64,000 bases of DNA. It comes from Comamonadaceae bacterium (lineage in GTDB: Bacteria > Pseudomonadota > Gammaproteobacteria > Burkholderiales > Burkholderiaceae_C). A program made the position numbers and the translations under genes. The stretch spans positions 1,093 to 65,092 of the forward strand of contig CANBWY010000003.1 in NCBI GenBank assembly GCA_947373245.1, given 5' to 3'. Under the pieces are notes generated by a model. It had not been told where the DNA came from. It made no database searches and worked only from the letters and a program-made list of their open reading frames with translations. Position 1 is the stretch's first letter; every line of letters begins with the position of its first letter. Below are positions 37,967-47,873 of the stretch, one piece after another.

Positions 37967-40126
37967 ATGAAATTTTTCATGTCTCATCAATTTGGGTTGC
38001 ATCATCTTATGACTCGTGGTGTTGTTCGTCTTCTGCTCAGAGTCACCTTGGTGCTACTGGGTTTCTTTGTGACAAGTTCGCAAGCCGGGGTGATGACGCG
38101 TGAGTCGCTGTCCCAGGTTTTTCCCGCCCCGTGGGTGGTGGGGGAGAAAGACCGTGACTTGGCCGTGTGGCCCATCTTTAGGCAAGAGCTCACATCCACC
38201 ACCATCGCTGCTTATGCCTTTGAGTCGCAAGACTTTGCGGCCATCCCGGGTTTCTCAGGCACCCCGTTTAATTTGCTGATTGCGCTGGACCCCAATGGAC
38301 AGTTCATGGATGTGCGCGTGTTGTCGCAACACGAGCCCGTGTTCTTGGATGGCTTGGGCGAGAAACCCCTTTTGGCCTTCGTCGATCAATACAAAAATTT
38401 ATCGCTCAAGCAGAGCATCAAAATCGGCACGGGTCAAAGTAAAAGCGGCAAAGAGAGCGGTGCCAATGTGTACATTGATGGCGTGTCCAAAGCCACGGCA
38501 TCGGTGCGCATCTTGAACCAAACCTTGCTGGCTGCCTCGCTCAAAGTCGCACGCGCCAAGTTGGGCTACAGCGAGGGTCGCGACCCAGACTTGGTGGCCA
38601 AAATTCGCCTCGAGGTGTTCAAGCCCATGGATTGGGCGGGCTTGCTCAAGTCAGGTTTGATCCACAAAGCCGCATTCAAAAACAGCGACATTGAGCAAGC
38701 CTTCAAAGGCACCGCAGGCGAAGGGGTAGATGCACAGGCCTTGCAAGCGCCAGGTGAGCTATTCACAGATGTGTATGTCGCGAATTTGAATGTGCCTACG
38801 GTGGGAAAAAATCTGCTGTCACCCGACAAGTGGGCTTATTTGCAGCAGCGCTTGGACCCGGGCGACCATGCTTTGCTTATTCTTGCGAAGGGCCGCTACC
38901 CGCTGATGGGTGAGGACTTTGTGCGTGGCACGGTGCCCGACCGAGTCTCGCTGAACCAACAAAAACTCCCCATTGAAATTCGCGATCTTGATTTCGATGC
39001 CGTGTTGAATCTGCCCCCCGAGTTGGCCGATGCGCAATGGCTGGTTGTGCGTGTGATTGCCCCTGCGGGCTTGGACCCTGCGCAGCCCTTGGACTACGAA
39101 TTGCATGTCACGCGCGCCAAGGGCATGGTTTACCCAGAGCTTGTGCAAAAGAGCTTCAGCATCAGGGCGCAATTGCCCGAAGACTATTTGGAATTGGCGA
39201 GCGCAGACCAAAAAACATGGCACAGCATTTGGCTGGATCGTTGGCTTGAATTGGTGGTGCTCGTTGCCGCGCTGGGGGTGTTGGTGTGGGCCTTGCGCGA
39301 GCCGCCTTGGCTCATGCGCCACGCCCATCGCATGGCACGCTTCAGAATGGCCTATTTGCTGTTCACCCTGTGTTTCATCGGTTGGTATGCGCAGGGCCAG
39401 TTGTCCATCGTCAACCTCACGGCGGTGGTGCAAGCCTTTGTGGCGGGGCGAAGTTTGACCTTCTTCATGTACGACCCGATGACGGTCATTCTCTGGGTCT
39501 TCGTGGCGGTGACTTTCTTTATTTGGGGGCGCGGTACGTTTTGCGGTTGGTTGTGTCCGTTTGGCGCCTTGCAAGAGTTGGTAAGTCAACTTACCCAGCG
39601 GCTGGGTCTGAAGTGGGTGCGCGTGCCGCAGCGGTGGGATGACCGCTTGAAAAAGTTGAAATATGGGGTGTTGGCGTTGTTGCTTGTCAGCGCCAGTGCG
39701 TCCGTGACTTGGACCGATCGCTTGGTTGAGGTCGAGCCCTTCAAAACCAGCATCACCCTGAACTTTGTACGCGCTTGGCCCTTCGTGCTTTGGGCCGTGG
39801 CGCTGGTCGTGGCCAGTTCATTTTTTTATAAAGGCTATTGCCGCTACTTGTGCCCTTTGGGCGCTGGCATGGGGGTGCTGGGCAAGTTGCGGCGCTTTGA
39901 TTGGATCGCTAGGCGCAGCGAGTGCGGCCAACCTTGCCAACGCTGTCGCAGCGACTGTGCTTACCAAGCCATCGACAAACAAGGCGCGGTTGATTACGAC
40001 GAGTGCTTCCAATGCATGGATTGCGTGGTCATCTACGAAAGCGACACCTTATGCGTGCCGCGCATTCTGGCGCACCGCCATCAGGCGGGGGCGCACATCA
40101 TTCCCATCGAAGAGGTCAAGCCATGA
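37967..40126 (+). CDS. NosR/NirI-like membrane protein with FMN-binding domain and 4Fe-4S ferredoxin domain
   Basis: Flavinylation-like DGVSKAT (38477-38497); FCGWLCPFGALQE, YCRYLCPLGA, CGQPCQRCRSDC, CFQCMDC; true start is likely ATG 37979 or 38009. Confidence 0.88.
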   Translation: MKFFMSHQFGLHHLMTRGVVRLLLRVTLVLLGFFVTSSQAGVMTRESLSQVFPAPWVVGEKDRDLAVWPIFRQELTSTTIAAYAFESQDFAAIPGFSGTPFNLLIALDPNGQFMDVRVLSQHEPVFLDGLGEKPLLAFVDQYKNLSLKQSIKIGTGQSKSGKESGANVYIDGVSKATASVRILNQTLLAASLKVARAKLGYSEGRDPDLVAKIRLEVFKPMDWAGLLKSGLIHKAAFKNSDIEQAFKGTAGEGVDAQALQAPGELFTDVYVANLNVPTVGKNLLSPDKWAYLQQRLDPGDHALLILAKGRYPLMGEDFVRGTVPDRVSLNQQKLPIEIRDLDFDAVLNLPPELADAQWLVVRVIAPAGLDPAQPLDYELHVTRAKGMVYPELVQKSFSIRAQLPEDYLELASADQKTWHSIWLDRWLELVVLVAALGVLVWALREPPWLMRHAHRMARFRMAYLLFTLCFIGWYAQGQLSIVNLTAVVQAFVAGRSLTFFMYDPMTVILWVFVAVTFFIWGRGTFCGWLCPFGALQELVSQLTQRLGLKWVRVPQRWDDRLKKLKYGVLALLLVSASASVTWTDRLVEVEPFKTSITLNFVRAWPFVLWAVALVVASSFFYKGYCRYLCPLGAGMGVLGKLRRFDWIARRSECGQPCQRCRSDCAYQAIDKQGAVDYDECFQCMDCVVIYESDTLCVPRILAHRHQAGAHIIPIEEVKP

Positions 40127-41103
40127 AACGCCGCGCATGGATTCAAACGGGTTTAGGCATGGGCCTGCTCGCGCATTTGCCCTTGCGGGCTGCCTCGCCC
40201 TTGCATTGGCAAACCACCACCTTCACAGGGCTGGGCACCACCCTTTCGATTCGCGCTGCGCACGACGATGCAGCCAAATTGAATGACGCACTGGCCCAAG
40301 CCCGTCACGTGGTGGAACGCGTGGAAGACCAGATGAGTTTGTTCAGGCCCCTAAGTGCCGTCCAGCAACTCAACCGCGACGGTGTGCTGCGCAAACCGCC
40401 GCCAGATCTGCTGCGTGTGTTGCAAGTGAGCCAGCGCATCGCATCACAAAGCCATGGCGCATTTGATGTCACGGTGCAGCCGCTGTGGGCCGTGTATGCA
40501 GATGCGCAAAAGCAAGGGCGTTTGCCAACGGCTGCGGCAGTACAGGAGGCGCGCCAAAAAGTCGGGTGGCAGATGCTGCACGTCAGCCCGGCGCAGATTG
40601 AATTTGCGAAGCCGTCCATGGGCATCACCCTCAACGGCATCGCACAAGGCTATGCATCAGACTTGGTGCGCGAGCATTTGAAAAACGCAGGCGTCCTCCA
40701 CGCGCTGATCAACACCGGGGAATGGTCGTCCTTAGGTCAAGCCGAAGGACCAAGAGATTGGACCTTGGGCATTGCCGACCCTCACCACGCAGACCGTTTG
40801 CTTGCCCGGCTGCGCATGAAAGGTTGGTGCGTGGCGACATCGGCGGATGACCAATGCACGTTCAGCGCGGACCGTGTGCATCACCACATCTTGGATCCTG
40901 CCACGGGCTATTCACCGCGTGACATTGCTAGCGTCACGGTGGTAGCCAAGTCATGCATGCAAGCGGATGCGTTGACCAAAGTTGTCTTTGTGGGGGGCTA
41001 TGCCAACGCGCTGTACTTGGCACGGGCTTGGGGTGTGGAGGCTCTGGTGGTTCATAAAGATGGCCGATGGCAAGCCTCACCCGCACTGTCGCGCTTTCTT
41101 TGA
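40123..41103 (+). CDS. apbE: FAD:protein FMN transferase (ApbE/NosX)
   Basis: GAFDVTVQPL, LNGIAQGYASD, VATSA, HHILDPATG, ADALTK; RR-containing N-terminus; overlaps the upstream stop (ATGA). Confidence 0.92.
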   Translation: MKRRAWIQTGLGMGLLAHLPLRAASPLHWQTTTFTGLGTTLSIRAAHDDAAKLNDALAQARHVVERVEDQMSLFRPLSAVQQLNRDGVLRKPPPDLLRVLQVSQRIASQSHGAFDVTVQPLWAVYADAQKQGRLPTAAAVQEARQKVGWQMLHVSPAQIEFAKPSMGITLNGIAQGYASDLVREHLKNAGVLHALINTGEWSSLGQAEGPRDWTLGIADPHHADRLLARLRMKGWCVATSADDQCTFSADRVHHHILDPATGYSPRDIASVTVVAKSCMQADALTKVVFVGGYANALYLARAWGVEALVVHKDGRWQASPALSRFL

Positions 41104-41106
41104 GCG

Positions 41107-41156
41107 TGTGACAACGCAGTGTTCCAAAAGTTAACACTGTCACAACAGGTGTCACA
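41107..41156. promoter_or_regulatory. Putative upstream activator site(s) for the sigma54 enhancer-binding protein
   Basis: Nested palindrome TGTGACA..CAGTGTT-N9-AACACTG-TCACA containing TGT-N11-ACA (41120-41136), about 120 bp upstream of a sigma54 promoter. Confidence 0.55.
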
Positions 41157-41251
41157 CACAGAGCCGTGATGACGCGATTTGGATCAGGGTTATTCCTAGG
41201 TGTCGGAAGATTTTTTTCAGCATGGGCGCTTGCTGCGTTGTTGGCAATGAA

Positions 41252-41268
41252 TTGGCATGCGTTTTGCA
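41252..41268 (+). promoter_or_regulatory. sigma54 promoter of the PQQ alcohol dehydrogenase gene
   Basis: TTGGCATGCGTTTTGCA, near-consensus TGGCAC-N5-TTGC. Confidence 0.8.
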
Positions 41269-41381
41269 AATCGGTCTCTAGCGGTCAGCGGTCTTCAATG
41301 TGGCCGCTTAATTCCGTAAGACATAAATTGATGGCATGTGCACGTTGATTTATGAACGAAAACAAATCAAGGAGATATCCA

Positions 41382-43121
41382 GTGAAAAGAAAACTTCTCA
41401 GCCTGCTCATCCTGGCTGCTACGGCACATGTATCCGCAGAAGTCAGTGATGCCATGATCGCCAAAGATGCGTCAGACACGGATTCAGTTCTGAGCTGGGG
41501 CTTGGGCACACAAGGTCAGCGCTTCTCGCCTTTGACCACCATCAACACCAAAAACGTGAACAGGCTCGCGCCGGCTTGGTCGATGTCTTTTGGCGGTGAA
41601 AAGCAACGCGGCCAAGAGTCTCAGCCCTTGGTCTACAAAGGCAAGATGTTCGTGACCGCTTCTTATTCGCGCATCTTCGCGATTGATGTGAAAACGGGCG
41701 AGAAGGTTTGGAAATATGAGCACCGCCTGCCAGAAGGCATCATGCCTTGCTGTGACGTGGTCAACCGTGGCGCTGCGCTGTACGGCAACCTCGTGATCTT
41801 TGGTACGTTGGATGCGCAGTTGGTGGCCTTGGACCAAGACACCGGCAAAGTGGTTTGGCGCGAAAAGATTGACGACTATTCTGCGGGCTACAGCTACACA
41901 GCGGCGCCTTTGATTGCGGACGGTCTGTTGTTGACTGGCGTGTCGGGGGGCGAGTTTGGTGTGGTGGGTCGCGTTGAGGCGCGCGACCCCAAGACCGGCA
42001 AATTGGTTTGGACACGTCCCACTGTTGAAGGCCACATGGGCTACAAAGACGGCAAAGAAAACGGCATCAGTGGCACCACCAACGCCACTTGGCCAGGCGA
42101 GACATGGAAGACGGGTGGTGCTTCCACTTGGTTGGGTGGCTCATATGACGCCACCACAGGTTTGGCTTACTTTGGTACGGGTAACCCCGGCCCATGGAAC
42201 AGCCACGTGCGCAAAGGCGACAACTTGTATTCATCGTCCACCGTGGCGATTGATGTCAAGACTGGCAAGATTGCATGGAGCTACCAAAACACGCCCAACG
42301 ATTCATGGGACTTTGACGGCGTCAACGAGTTCGTGACTTTTGACATGGACGGTAAGCGCGTGGGTGGCAAGGCGGACCGCAATGGCTTCTTCTATGTGAA
42401 CGATGCCAAGACTGGCAAGCTCATCAACGCCTTCCCCTTCGTGAAGAAAGTCACATGGGCTTCGAGCATTGACCTCAAGACGGGGCGCCCTGTGTTTGAC
42501 CCAGCCAACCGCCCAGGTGACCCAACCGCCAGCAGCGATGGCAAGAAGGGTTCATCGGTGTTTGCGGCGCCCGGCTTCTTGGGTGGCAAGAACCAAATGC
42601 CAATGGCCTACAGCCCCAAGTCGCAACTGTTCTATGTGCCCACCAACGAATGGGGCATGGACATTTGGAACGAGCCCATCAGCTACAAAAAAGGCGCTGC
42701 CTATTTAGGCGCAGGCTTCACGATGCGGCCTTTGTTTGATGATCACATTGGCTCCTTGCGCGCCATCGATCCCAAAACTGGCAAAGTGGCTTGGGAAGTG
42801 AAAAACAATGCGCCTTTGTGGGGTGGTGTTTTGACGACCGCAGGTGACTTGGTGTTCTGGGGCACGCCAGAGGGTTACCTCAAGGCCGCCGATGCCAAAA
42901 CAGGCAAAGTGTTGTGGCAGTTCCAAACTGGCTCTGGCGTGGTGGCGCCTCCCATCACATGGAGCGATGGCACAGACCAATACGTGAGCGTTGTGTCAGG
43001 TTGGGGCGGTGCGGTTCCGCTGTGGGGCGGCGAAGTGGCCAAGAAGGTCAACTTCCTCGAACAAGGCGGTTCTGTTTGGACGTTCAAACTGCCATCGTCG
43101 ACGAACGTCGCTGCCAAGTAA
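41382..43121 (+). CDS. pedH: PQQ-dependent alcohol dehydrogenase, lanthanide-type (PedH/ExaF clade)
   Basis: [12 protein letters not shown], vicinal-disulfide PCCDVVNRG, active-site WDFDGVNE (extra Asp), [10 protein letters not shown]; GTG start after AAGGAG. Confidence 0.9.
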   Translation: MKRKLLSLLILAATAHVSAEVSDAMIAKDASDTDSVLSWGLGTQGQRFSPLTTINTKNVNRLAPAWSMSFGGEKQRGQESQPLVYKGKMFVTASYSRIFAIDVKTGEKVWKYEHRLPEGIMPCCDVVNRGAALYGNLVIFGTLDAQLVALDQDTGKVVWREKIDDYSAGYSYTAAPLIADGLLLTGVSGGEFGVVGRVEARDPKTGKLVWTRPTVEGHMGYKDGKENGISGTTNATWPGETWKTGGASTWLGGSYDATTGLAYFGTGNPGPWNSHVRKGDNLYSSSTVAIDVKTGKIAWSYQNTPNDSWDFDGVNEFVTFDMDGKRVGGKADRNGFFYVNDAKTGKLINAFPFVKKVTWASSIDLKTGRPVFDPANRPGDPTASSDGKKGSSVFAAPGFLGGKNQMPMAYSPKSQLFYVPTNEWGMDIWNEPISYKKGAAYLGAGFTMRPLFDDHIGSLRAIDPKTGKVAWEVKNNAPLWGGVLTTAGDLVFWGTPEGYLKAADAKTGKVLWQFQTGSGVVAPPITWSDGTDQYVSVVSGWGGAVPLWGGEVAKKVNFLEQGGSVWTFKLPSSTNVAAK

Positions 43122-43151
43122 TGACCTAACAGGTGATTTGACTGATCCTAG

Positions 43152-43192
43152 AAGGGGTTTCAGATGGCGCAAGCCCTCCGAAGCCCCTTTTT
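43152..43192 (+). terminator. Intrinsic terminator after the PQQ-ADH gene
   Basis: AAGGGGTTTCAGATGGC-GCAA-GCCCTCCGAAGCCCCTT imperfect hairpin ending in a T run. Confidence 0.65.
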
Positions 43193-43209
43193 AAATCAAG
43201 GTGAACTTT

Positions 43210-43551
43210 ATGAAAAAAATCAAACACGTTTGCATGCTAGTTTTGGCGTTGAGTCCTGCTGCATGGGCGGCGCCTACATTGAGCGCCACAGAGTCGACGG
43301 CGGCGTTGGACCTCGCTAAAAATAACGGTTGCTTGAGCTGTCACGCCATGGATGAAAAAATCGTGGGGCCTGCTTATTCCAAAGTGGCCGCCAAATACAG
43401 CGATGACAAAGATGCGGCCGCCTCATTGGCGCAATCAATTCGCAACGGCTCGCAAGGCAAGTGGGGCCGTATCCCAATGCCAGCGCACGGCAATATGAGC
43501 AACGAAGACATTCAATTGCTGGCACGTTGGGTGTTGACGATTCAAAAGTGA
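43210..43551 (+). CDS. Periplasmic cytochrome c551/c552
   Basis: Signal peptide; CLSCH, VGPAY, G.WG.IPMP. Confidence 0.9.
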   Translation: MKKIKHVCMLVLALSPAAWAAPTLSATESTAALDLAKNNGCLSCHAMDEKIVGPAYSKVAAKYSDDKDAAASLAQSIRNGSQGKWGRIPMPAHGNMSNEDIQLLARWVLTIQK

Positions 43552-43552
43552 A

Positions 43553-43569
43553 TGTCCCATAACGACACA
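43553..43569. promoter_or_regulatory. Putative activator site TGT-N11-ACA upstream of the aldehyde dehydrogenase
   Basis: TGTCCCATAACGACACA about 85-100 bp upstream of a sigma54 promoter. Confidence 0.45.
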
Positions 43570-43650
43570 CGTGCTTCGTTTTGTGACGTGTGCGTGTGGC
43601 GCAGCGAAACGAATGCACAGAAGACGCACACGCAAAAAGATGGCGTTAAC

Positions 43651-43667
43651 TTGGTACAGGACTTGCT
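43651..43667 (+). promoter_or_regulatory. sigma54 promoter of the aldehyde dehydrogenase
   Basis: TTGGTACAGGACTTGCT, GG-N10-GC. Confidence 0.75.
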
Positions 43668-43720
43668 GTATCCCAGACACCCGATAGGGAATTCTTGATG
43701 ATTCAAAAAATGGAGATGAC

Positions 43721-45241
43721 ATGATTTACGCAACCCCCGGCGCCGCTGGCGCAAAAGTTCAATACAAAGCTCACTACGACAACTTCATTGGCGGCAAGTT
43801 CGTCGCCCCCGTGAAGGGCCAGTACTTTGATGTGATCACACCTATCACTGGCAAGGCCTACACCAAAGCCGCGCGCTCAGGGGCTGAAGACATTGAGTTG
43901 GCATTGGATGCGGCGCACAAAGCCGCTGACGCTTGGGGCAAAACATCGCCCGCCGAGCGTGCCAATATTTTGTTGAAAATCGCAGATCGCATCGAAGCCA
44001 ATTTGGAAATGTTGGCGTACGCCGAAACCGTGGACAACGGCAAAGCCATTCGTGAAACGTTGAATGCAGACATCCCACTCACGGTAGACCATTTCCGCTA
44101 CTTTGCAGGTTGCTTGCGCTCACAAGAAGGCGCGTTGTCTGACATCGACGAAAACACCGTGGCCTACCATTACCACGAGCCCTTGGGTGTGGTTGGTCAG
44201 ATCATTCCTTGGAACTTCCCCATTTTGATGGCTGCTTGGAAATTGGCCCCCGCCATCGGCGCGGGTAACTGTGTGGTGCTCAAACCCGCTGAGTCCACCC
44301 CGATCTCCATCTTGGTGATGGCTGAGCTGATTGCCGACTTGCTGCCACCTGGCGTGTTGAACATTGTGAACGGCTATGGTCGCGAAGCCGGCATGCCATT
44401 GGCCACCAGCACACGCATTGCCAAGATCGCATTCACAGGCTCGACCACCACGGGCCGCGTCATTGCGCAAGCGGCTGCCAACAACTTGATTCCTGCGACG
44501 CTCGAATTGGGTGGTAAGTCGCCCAACATTTTCTTTGCTGACGTGATGGACAAAGACGATGGTTTCCTTGACAAAGCCATCGAAGGCCTGGTGCTGTTCG
44601 CGTTCAACCAAGGTGAGGTGTGTACCTGCCCATCGCGCGCTTTGATCCAAGAAAGCATTTACGACAAGTTCATGGAACGTGTCTTGAAGCGCGTGGCCGC
44701 CATCAAGCACATGAACCCACTCGACACAGACAGCATGATGGGTGCACAAGCCTCTAAAGAGCAGTTGACCAAAATCTTGTCTTACCTCGACTTGGGCAAA
44801 CAAGAAGGTGCCGAAGTGCTGGCCGGTGGCGCACAAGCCCATTTGGAGGGTGACTTGGCGGGTGGCTACTACGTGCAGCCGACCTTGTTCAAGGGCCACA
44901 ACAAAATGCGCATTTTCCAAGAAGAAATTTTTGGCCCCGTGTTGGCTGTGACCACCTTCAAGGACGAGGCCGAGGCTTTGGCCATCGCCAACGACACCCT
45001 GTACGGTTTAGGCGCGGGTGTGTGGAGCCGCAATGGCAACGTGGCCTACCGCATGGGCCGCGCCATCAAAGCGGGCCGTGTGTGGACCAACTGTTACCAC
45101 GCCTACCCCGCACATGCTGCGTTTGGTGGCTACAAAGAGTCAGGCATTGGCCGTGAAACACACAAGGTCATGCTCGACCACTACCAACAAACCAAGAACT
45201 TGTTGGTCAGCTACAGCGAGAGCAAGCTGGGCTTCTTCTAA
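43721..45241 (+). CDS. aldB: NAD-dependent aldehyde dehydrogenase (AldB/ExaC/AcoD type)
   Basis: [41 protein letters not shown]-terminal LGFF. Confidence 0.93.
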   Translation: MIYATPGAAGAKVQYKAHYDNFIGGKFVAPVKGQYFDVITPITGKAYTKAARSGAEDIELALDAAHKAADAWGKTSPAERANILLKIADRIEANLEMLAYAETVDNGKAIRETLNADIPLTVDHFRYFAGCLRSQEGALSDIDENTVAYHYHEPLGVVGQIIPWNFPILMAAWKLAPAIGAGNCVVLKPAESTPISILVMAELIADLLPPGVLNIVNGYGREAGMPLATSTRIAKIAFTGSTTTGRVIAQAAANNLIPATLELGGKSPNIFFADVMDKDDGFLDKAIEGLVLFAFNQGEVCTCPSRALIQESIYDKFMERVLKRVAAIKHMNPLDTDSMMGAQASKEQLTKILSYLDLGKQEGAEVLAGGAQAHLEGDLAGGYYVQPTLFKGHNKMRIFQEEIFGPVLAVTTFKDEAEALAIANDTLYGLGAGVWSRNGNVAYRMGRAIKAGRVWTNCYHAYPAHAAFGGYKESGIGRETHKVMLDHYQQTKNLLVSYSESKLGFF

Positions 45242-45265
45242 GTTCATGATCAGCAGATAAAGAAT

Positions 45266-45296
45266 GCGCGTGGTGAGCAATCACCACGCGCTTTTT
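45266..45296 (+). terminator. Intrinsic terminator after the aldehyde dehydrogenase
   Basis: GCGCGTGGTGA-GCAA-TCACCACGCGC-TTTTT. Confidence 0.85.
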
Positions 45297-45311
45297 ACAT
45301 AGGAGTAAAGA

Positions 45312-45701
45312 ATGGTTGAAAAAGTTGTGGCAACGCCAGCAGCCCTAGAGCTGGTCGATTTTTTGAAGAAAAAGCATGGGACTTTGATGTTTCATCAGTC
45401 CGGCGGGTGCTGTGACAACAGTGCCGCAAATTGCTATCTGCCAGGCGAAATCACCATGGGTGCTGGGGATGTTTTTTTAGGTGAAATCGGTGGCTGCGAG
45501 TTTTTCATTGGTCGCAATCAATATGAATATTGGAAGCACACGCAGCTGATCATTGATGTGATTGAAGGGCACGGCGGCACGTTTTCATTGGAGGGACCGG
45601 AGGGCAAAGCCTTCCACACGCGTTCACGCGTGTTCACACAAGCCGAAATAGATGAGTTGGCGGCAGAAGAAGCGGCCGCGCAAAACACCCACAAGCGTTG
45701 A
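45312..45701 (+). CDS. DUF779 family protein
   Basis: MFHQSGGCCD, QYEYWKHTQLIIDV, FSLEGPEG; commonly follows aldB-type genes. Confidence 0.9.
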   Translation: MVEKVVATPAALELVDFLKKKHGTLMFHQSGGCCDNSAANCYLPGEITMGAGDVFLGEIGGCEFFIGRNQYEYWKHTQLIIDVIEGHGGTFSLEGPEGKAFHTRSRVFTQAEIDELAAEEAAAQNTHKR

Positions 45702-45705
45702 TCGC

Positions 45706-47691
45706 TTAGCTCCAAACGGCGTCTGGCAACAGGTGCTTTTTTCTGTAAATGGTGTTTCGTGAGACACCTAAAAGTTTGGCTGCCGCAGACACATTGCCGT
45801 TGGCGGTGCGCAGTGCTTGCGCGATGGCCTCAATGGCCACATTCTCTAGGTTGTATGCCGCTGGGGTGCGTAGTTCCATCGGGGACAGGAGCGGCTCTGC
45901 CGTGCTGGGCACAGGAGGGGGCGCTTGCTCGATGGTTTGCCTAAGTGGAGCCGCTTGAATGTCATATAAAAATTCATCTGACAAATGGCTGAGTTGGATC
46001 TCGCCAGCAGACTCAGCCATGACCACCGCGGTTCGCAACAGGTTGAAGAGTTGTCTAAAGTTGCCCGGCCATGCATAGCGGTGAAACACGTCCATGACTT
46101 CTTGAGAAATGCTGATTCTTTTTTCGCCAGGGCAGACGCTGGCCAGAATTTTCTTGGCAACCACGTCCAAATCTTTGCGCTCACGCAAGGCGGGAAGTTT
46201 GACCACCAAGCCATTGAGGCGGTAATACAAGTCTTCTCTAAAGCTGCCGTTGGCGATCATGTCTTTGAGGTTTTTGTTGGTGGCGCAGATGATCGCCACA
46301 TCCACCTCCACCTCGCGCCCTGAGCCCAGTGGATTGACTTTGCGCTCTTGTAAAACGCGCAGTAAGCGTGCTTGCAAGTGCAAGGGCATATCGCCAATTT
46401 CATCTAAGAAAAGCGTGCCTTCGTTGGCAAATAAAATTTTTCCTGTGGATCCTTTGCGCTTTGCGCCTGTAAATGCACCCTCTTCGTAGCCGAACAATTC
46501 TGACTCGATCAAGTTTTCAGGAATGGAGGCGCAGTTGACGGAAACAAAATTTTTTGCACTGCGCGTGGAATCGTTGTGAATGGCTTGTGCGAGCAGGTCC
46601 TTGCCTGTGCCGGTTTCTCCCAAAATCATAATGGGGATGTCGCGGCCTTGGATGATTCGCAGCTTGTGGATCACCGAAGAAACTTGTGGATCGCCAGTGT
46701 CTAGGTATTTCAGACTGGAGAGGGGCAGTTTGTCTTCTTTTTTCTTTTTGTAAGCCGTGCTGGGGGCGTTGAAGGTGCTGGGTTGTCCATGCAAATGCGC
46801 GCTGGGCTTGGCGAATTTCAATTCGCTTTTGCAGCACACGCTCACCCCATCGTGCAAACACAAGCGGAAGTAGTTGCCATCCGCAGCGCGGGCGTGGTCA
46901 AAAAATTGCGAAATCCCTACGCCAAACAAGGACGAGAAGGTATGTGCCCGCAACGCGTTGATGGACATCCCAAATTGAAACTGCGCACTTCGGTTGGCTG
47001 ATAAAAAGCGCCCGTCGGTGGTGAACACCGCAATCCCTTCAACGATGGTGCCAATGAACTCGGGCCTGGCGTGGAAGTGAATGCGAACCTCGGTGGGAAA
47101 CACATCCGCGAACATGTGGTTCTCAATCATCTGTGCCGACATGCGCGCCAAGGCCATCGTGTGTTGGTGGTAGCTGCGGTAATCACCTGTCACATCCAGT
47201 GCGCCAATGACATCGCCGTGCGGGTCCAAGATGGGCGTGCAAGAGCAGGTGAGAAATTGGTTGGCTTGCAAAAAGTGTTGGTTGCCATGCACCACGATAG
47301 GTTGACCTTCTGCCAAGGCCGTTCCAATGGCGTTGGTGCCCTTGCTTTTTTCCGACCAGTCAACGCCTGGCGCCAATGCAATTTGCGATGCTTTTTCTAG
47401 AAAGTCGGTGTCGCCCAAAGAATGCAGGATCGTGCCGGTGCGTGTCGTCAACAGCACCATGCTGTGGGTATTGGCAATTTGCTCATACAGCGTCTCCATC
47501 ACCGGCGCCGCATGCTGGTATAAAAAATGGTTTTCTTCTAAAAGCGCACTCACCGTCTGGTGCGACGCGCCGCTGTAGTCCGGGGCTTGACGCACCGCAA
47601 GGCCAAATTCACGTGACCGCTCTTGCGATGAGCGAATGATGGCGGATTGTTCAGGGCTGTTGTAGGCGGCCCCTTGCGAGTAGGTATTCAT
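45706..47691 (-). CDS. sigma54-dependent activator, AcoR-type (GAF-AAA+-Fis HTH)
   Basis: GAF region WSE..KGTNAIG, GETGTGK, ESELFGYEEGAFTGA, WPGNFRQL, GNVSAAAKLLGVSRNTIYRK; GGAG RBS before ATG 47691. Confidence 0.93.
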   Translation of the reverse strand: MNTYSQGAAYNSPEQSAIIRSSQERSREFGLAVRQAPDYSGASHQTVSALLEENHFLYQHAAPVMETLYEQIANTHSMVLLTTRTGTILHSLGDTDFLEKASQIALAPGVDWSEKSKGTNAIGTALAEGQPIVVHGNQHFLQANQFLTCSCTPILDPHGDVIGALDVTGDYRSYHQHTMALARMSAQMIENHMFADVFPTEVRIHFHARPEFIGTIVEGIAVFTTDGRFLSANRSAQFQFGMSINALRAHTFSSLFGVGISQFFDHARAADGNYFRLCLHDGVSVCCKSELKFAKPSAHLHGQPSTFNAPSTAYKKKKEDKLPLSSLKYLDTGDPQVSSVIHKLRIIQGRDIPIMILGETGTGKDLLAQAIHNDSTRSAKNFVSVNCASIPENLIESELFGYEEGAFTGAKRKGSTGKILFANEGTLFLDEIGDMPLHLQARLLRVLQERKVNPLGSGREVEVDVAIICATNKNLKDMIANGSFREDLYYRLNGLVVKLPALRERKDLDVVAKKILASVCPGEKRISISQEVMDVFHRYAWPGNFRQLFNLLRTAVVMAESAGEIQLSHLSDEFLYDIQAAPLRQTIEQAPPPVPSTAEPLLSPMELRTPAAYNLENVAIEAIAQALRTANGNVSAAAKLLGVSRNTIYRKKHLLPDAVWS

Positions 47692-47838
47692 CACTCCACG
47701 CGCGGATGTTTGATTTGAATTGATCATAAAAAATCCGTGAAGTTTTAGTCGTCTAGTTGCAATGCCAATTGAGAAATATTTTCGATGCTCGCAAGTCAAG
47801 AAGGGGATAGTTGTTTCCCTAGGGGCTGCGAAATAACG

Positions 47839-47855
47839 TGTTCCAAATTGGAACA
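47839..47855. promoter_or_regulatory. Perfect palindrome TGTTCCAA-A-TTGGAACA (TGT-N11-ACA) between the activator and pedF
   Basis: Seen directly; same spacing as the sites at 41120 and 43553. Confidence 0.6.
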
Positions 47856-47873
47856 ATTAACCGCTCAATTCAG

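Noticed and set aside
37967-41103. nosR/nosX as evidence of denitrification
   Set aside because: No nosZ, nosDFYL, nirS or nor genes in the window; the context is alcohol oxidation.
41382-43121. XoxF/MxaF methanol dehydrogenase implying methylotrophy
   Set aside because: Motifs ([33 protein letters not shown]) and neighbours (PedF, AldB, AcoR-type activator) indicate the ethanol-type PedH/ExaF clade; no C1 genes are present.
47751-47768. sigma54 promoter for the AcoR-type activator (minus strand TTGGCATTGCAACTAGAC)
   Set aside because: Has the -24 TGGCA but AG instead of GC at -12.
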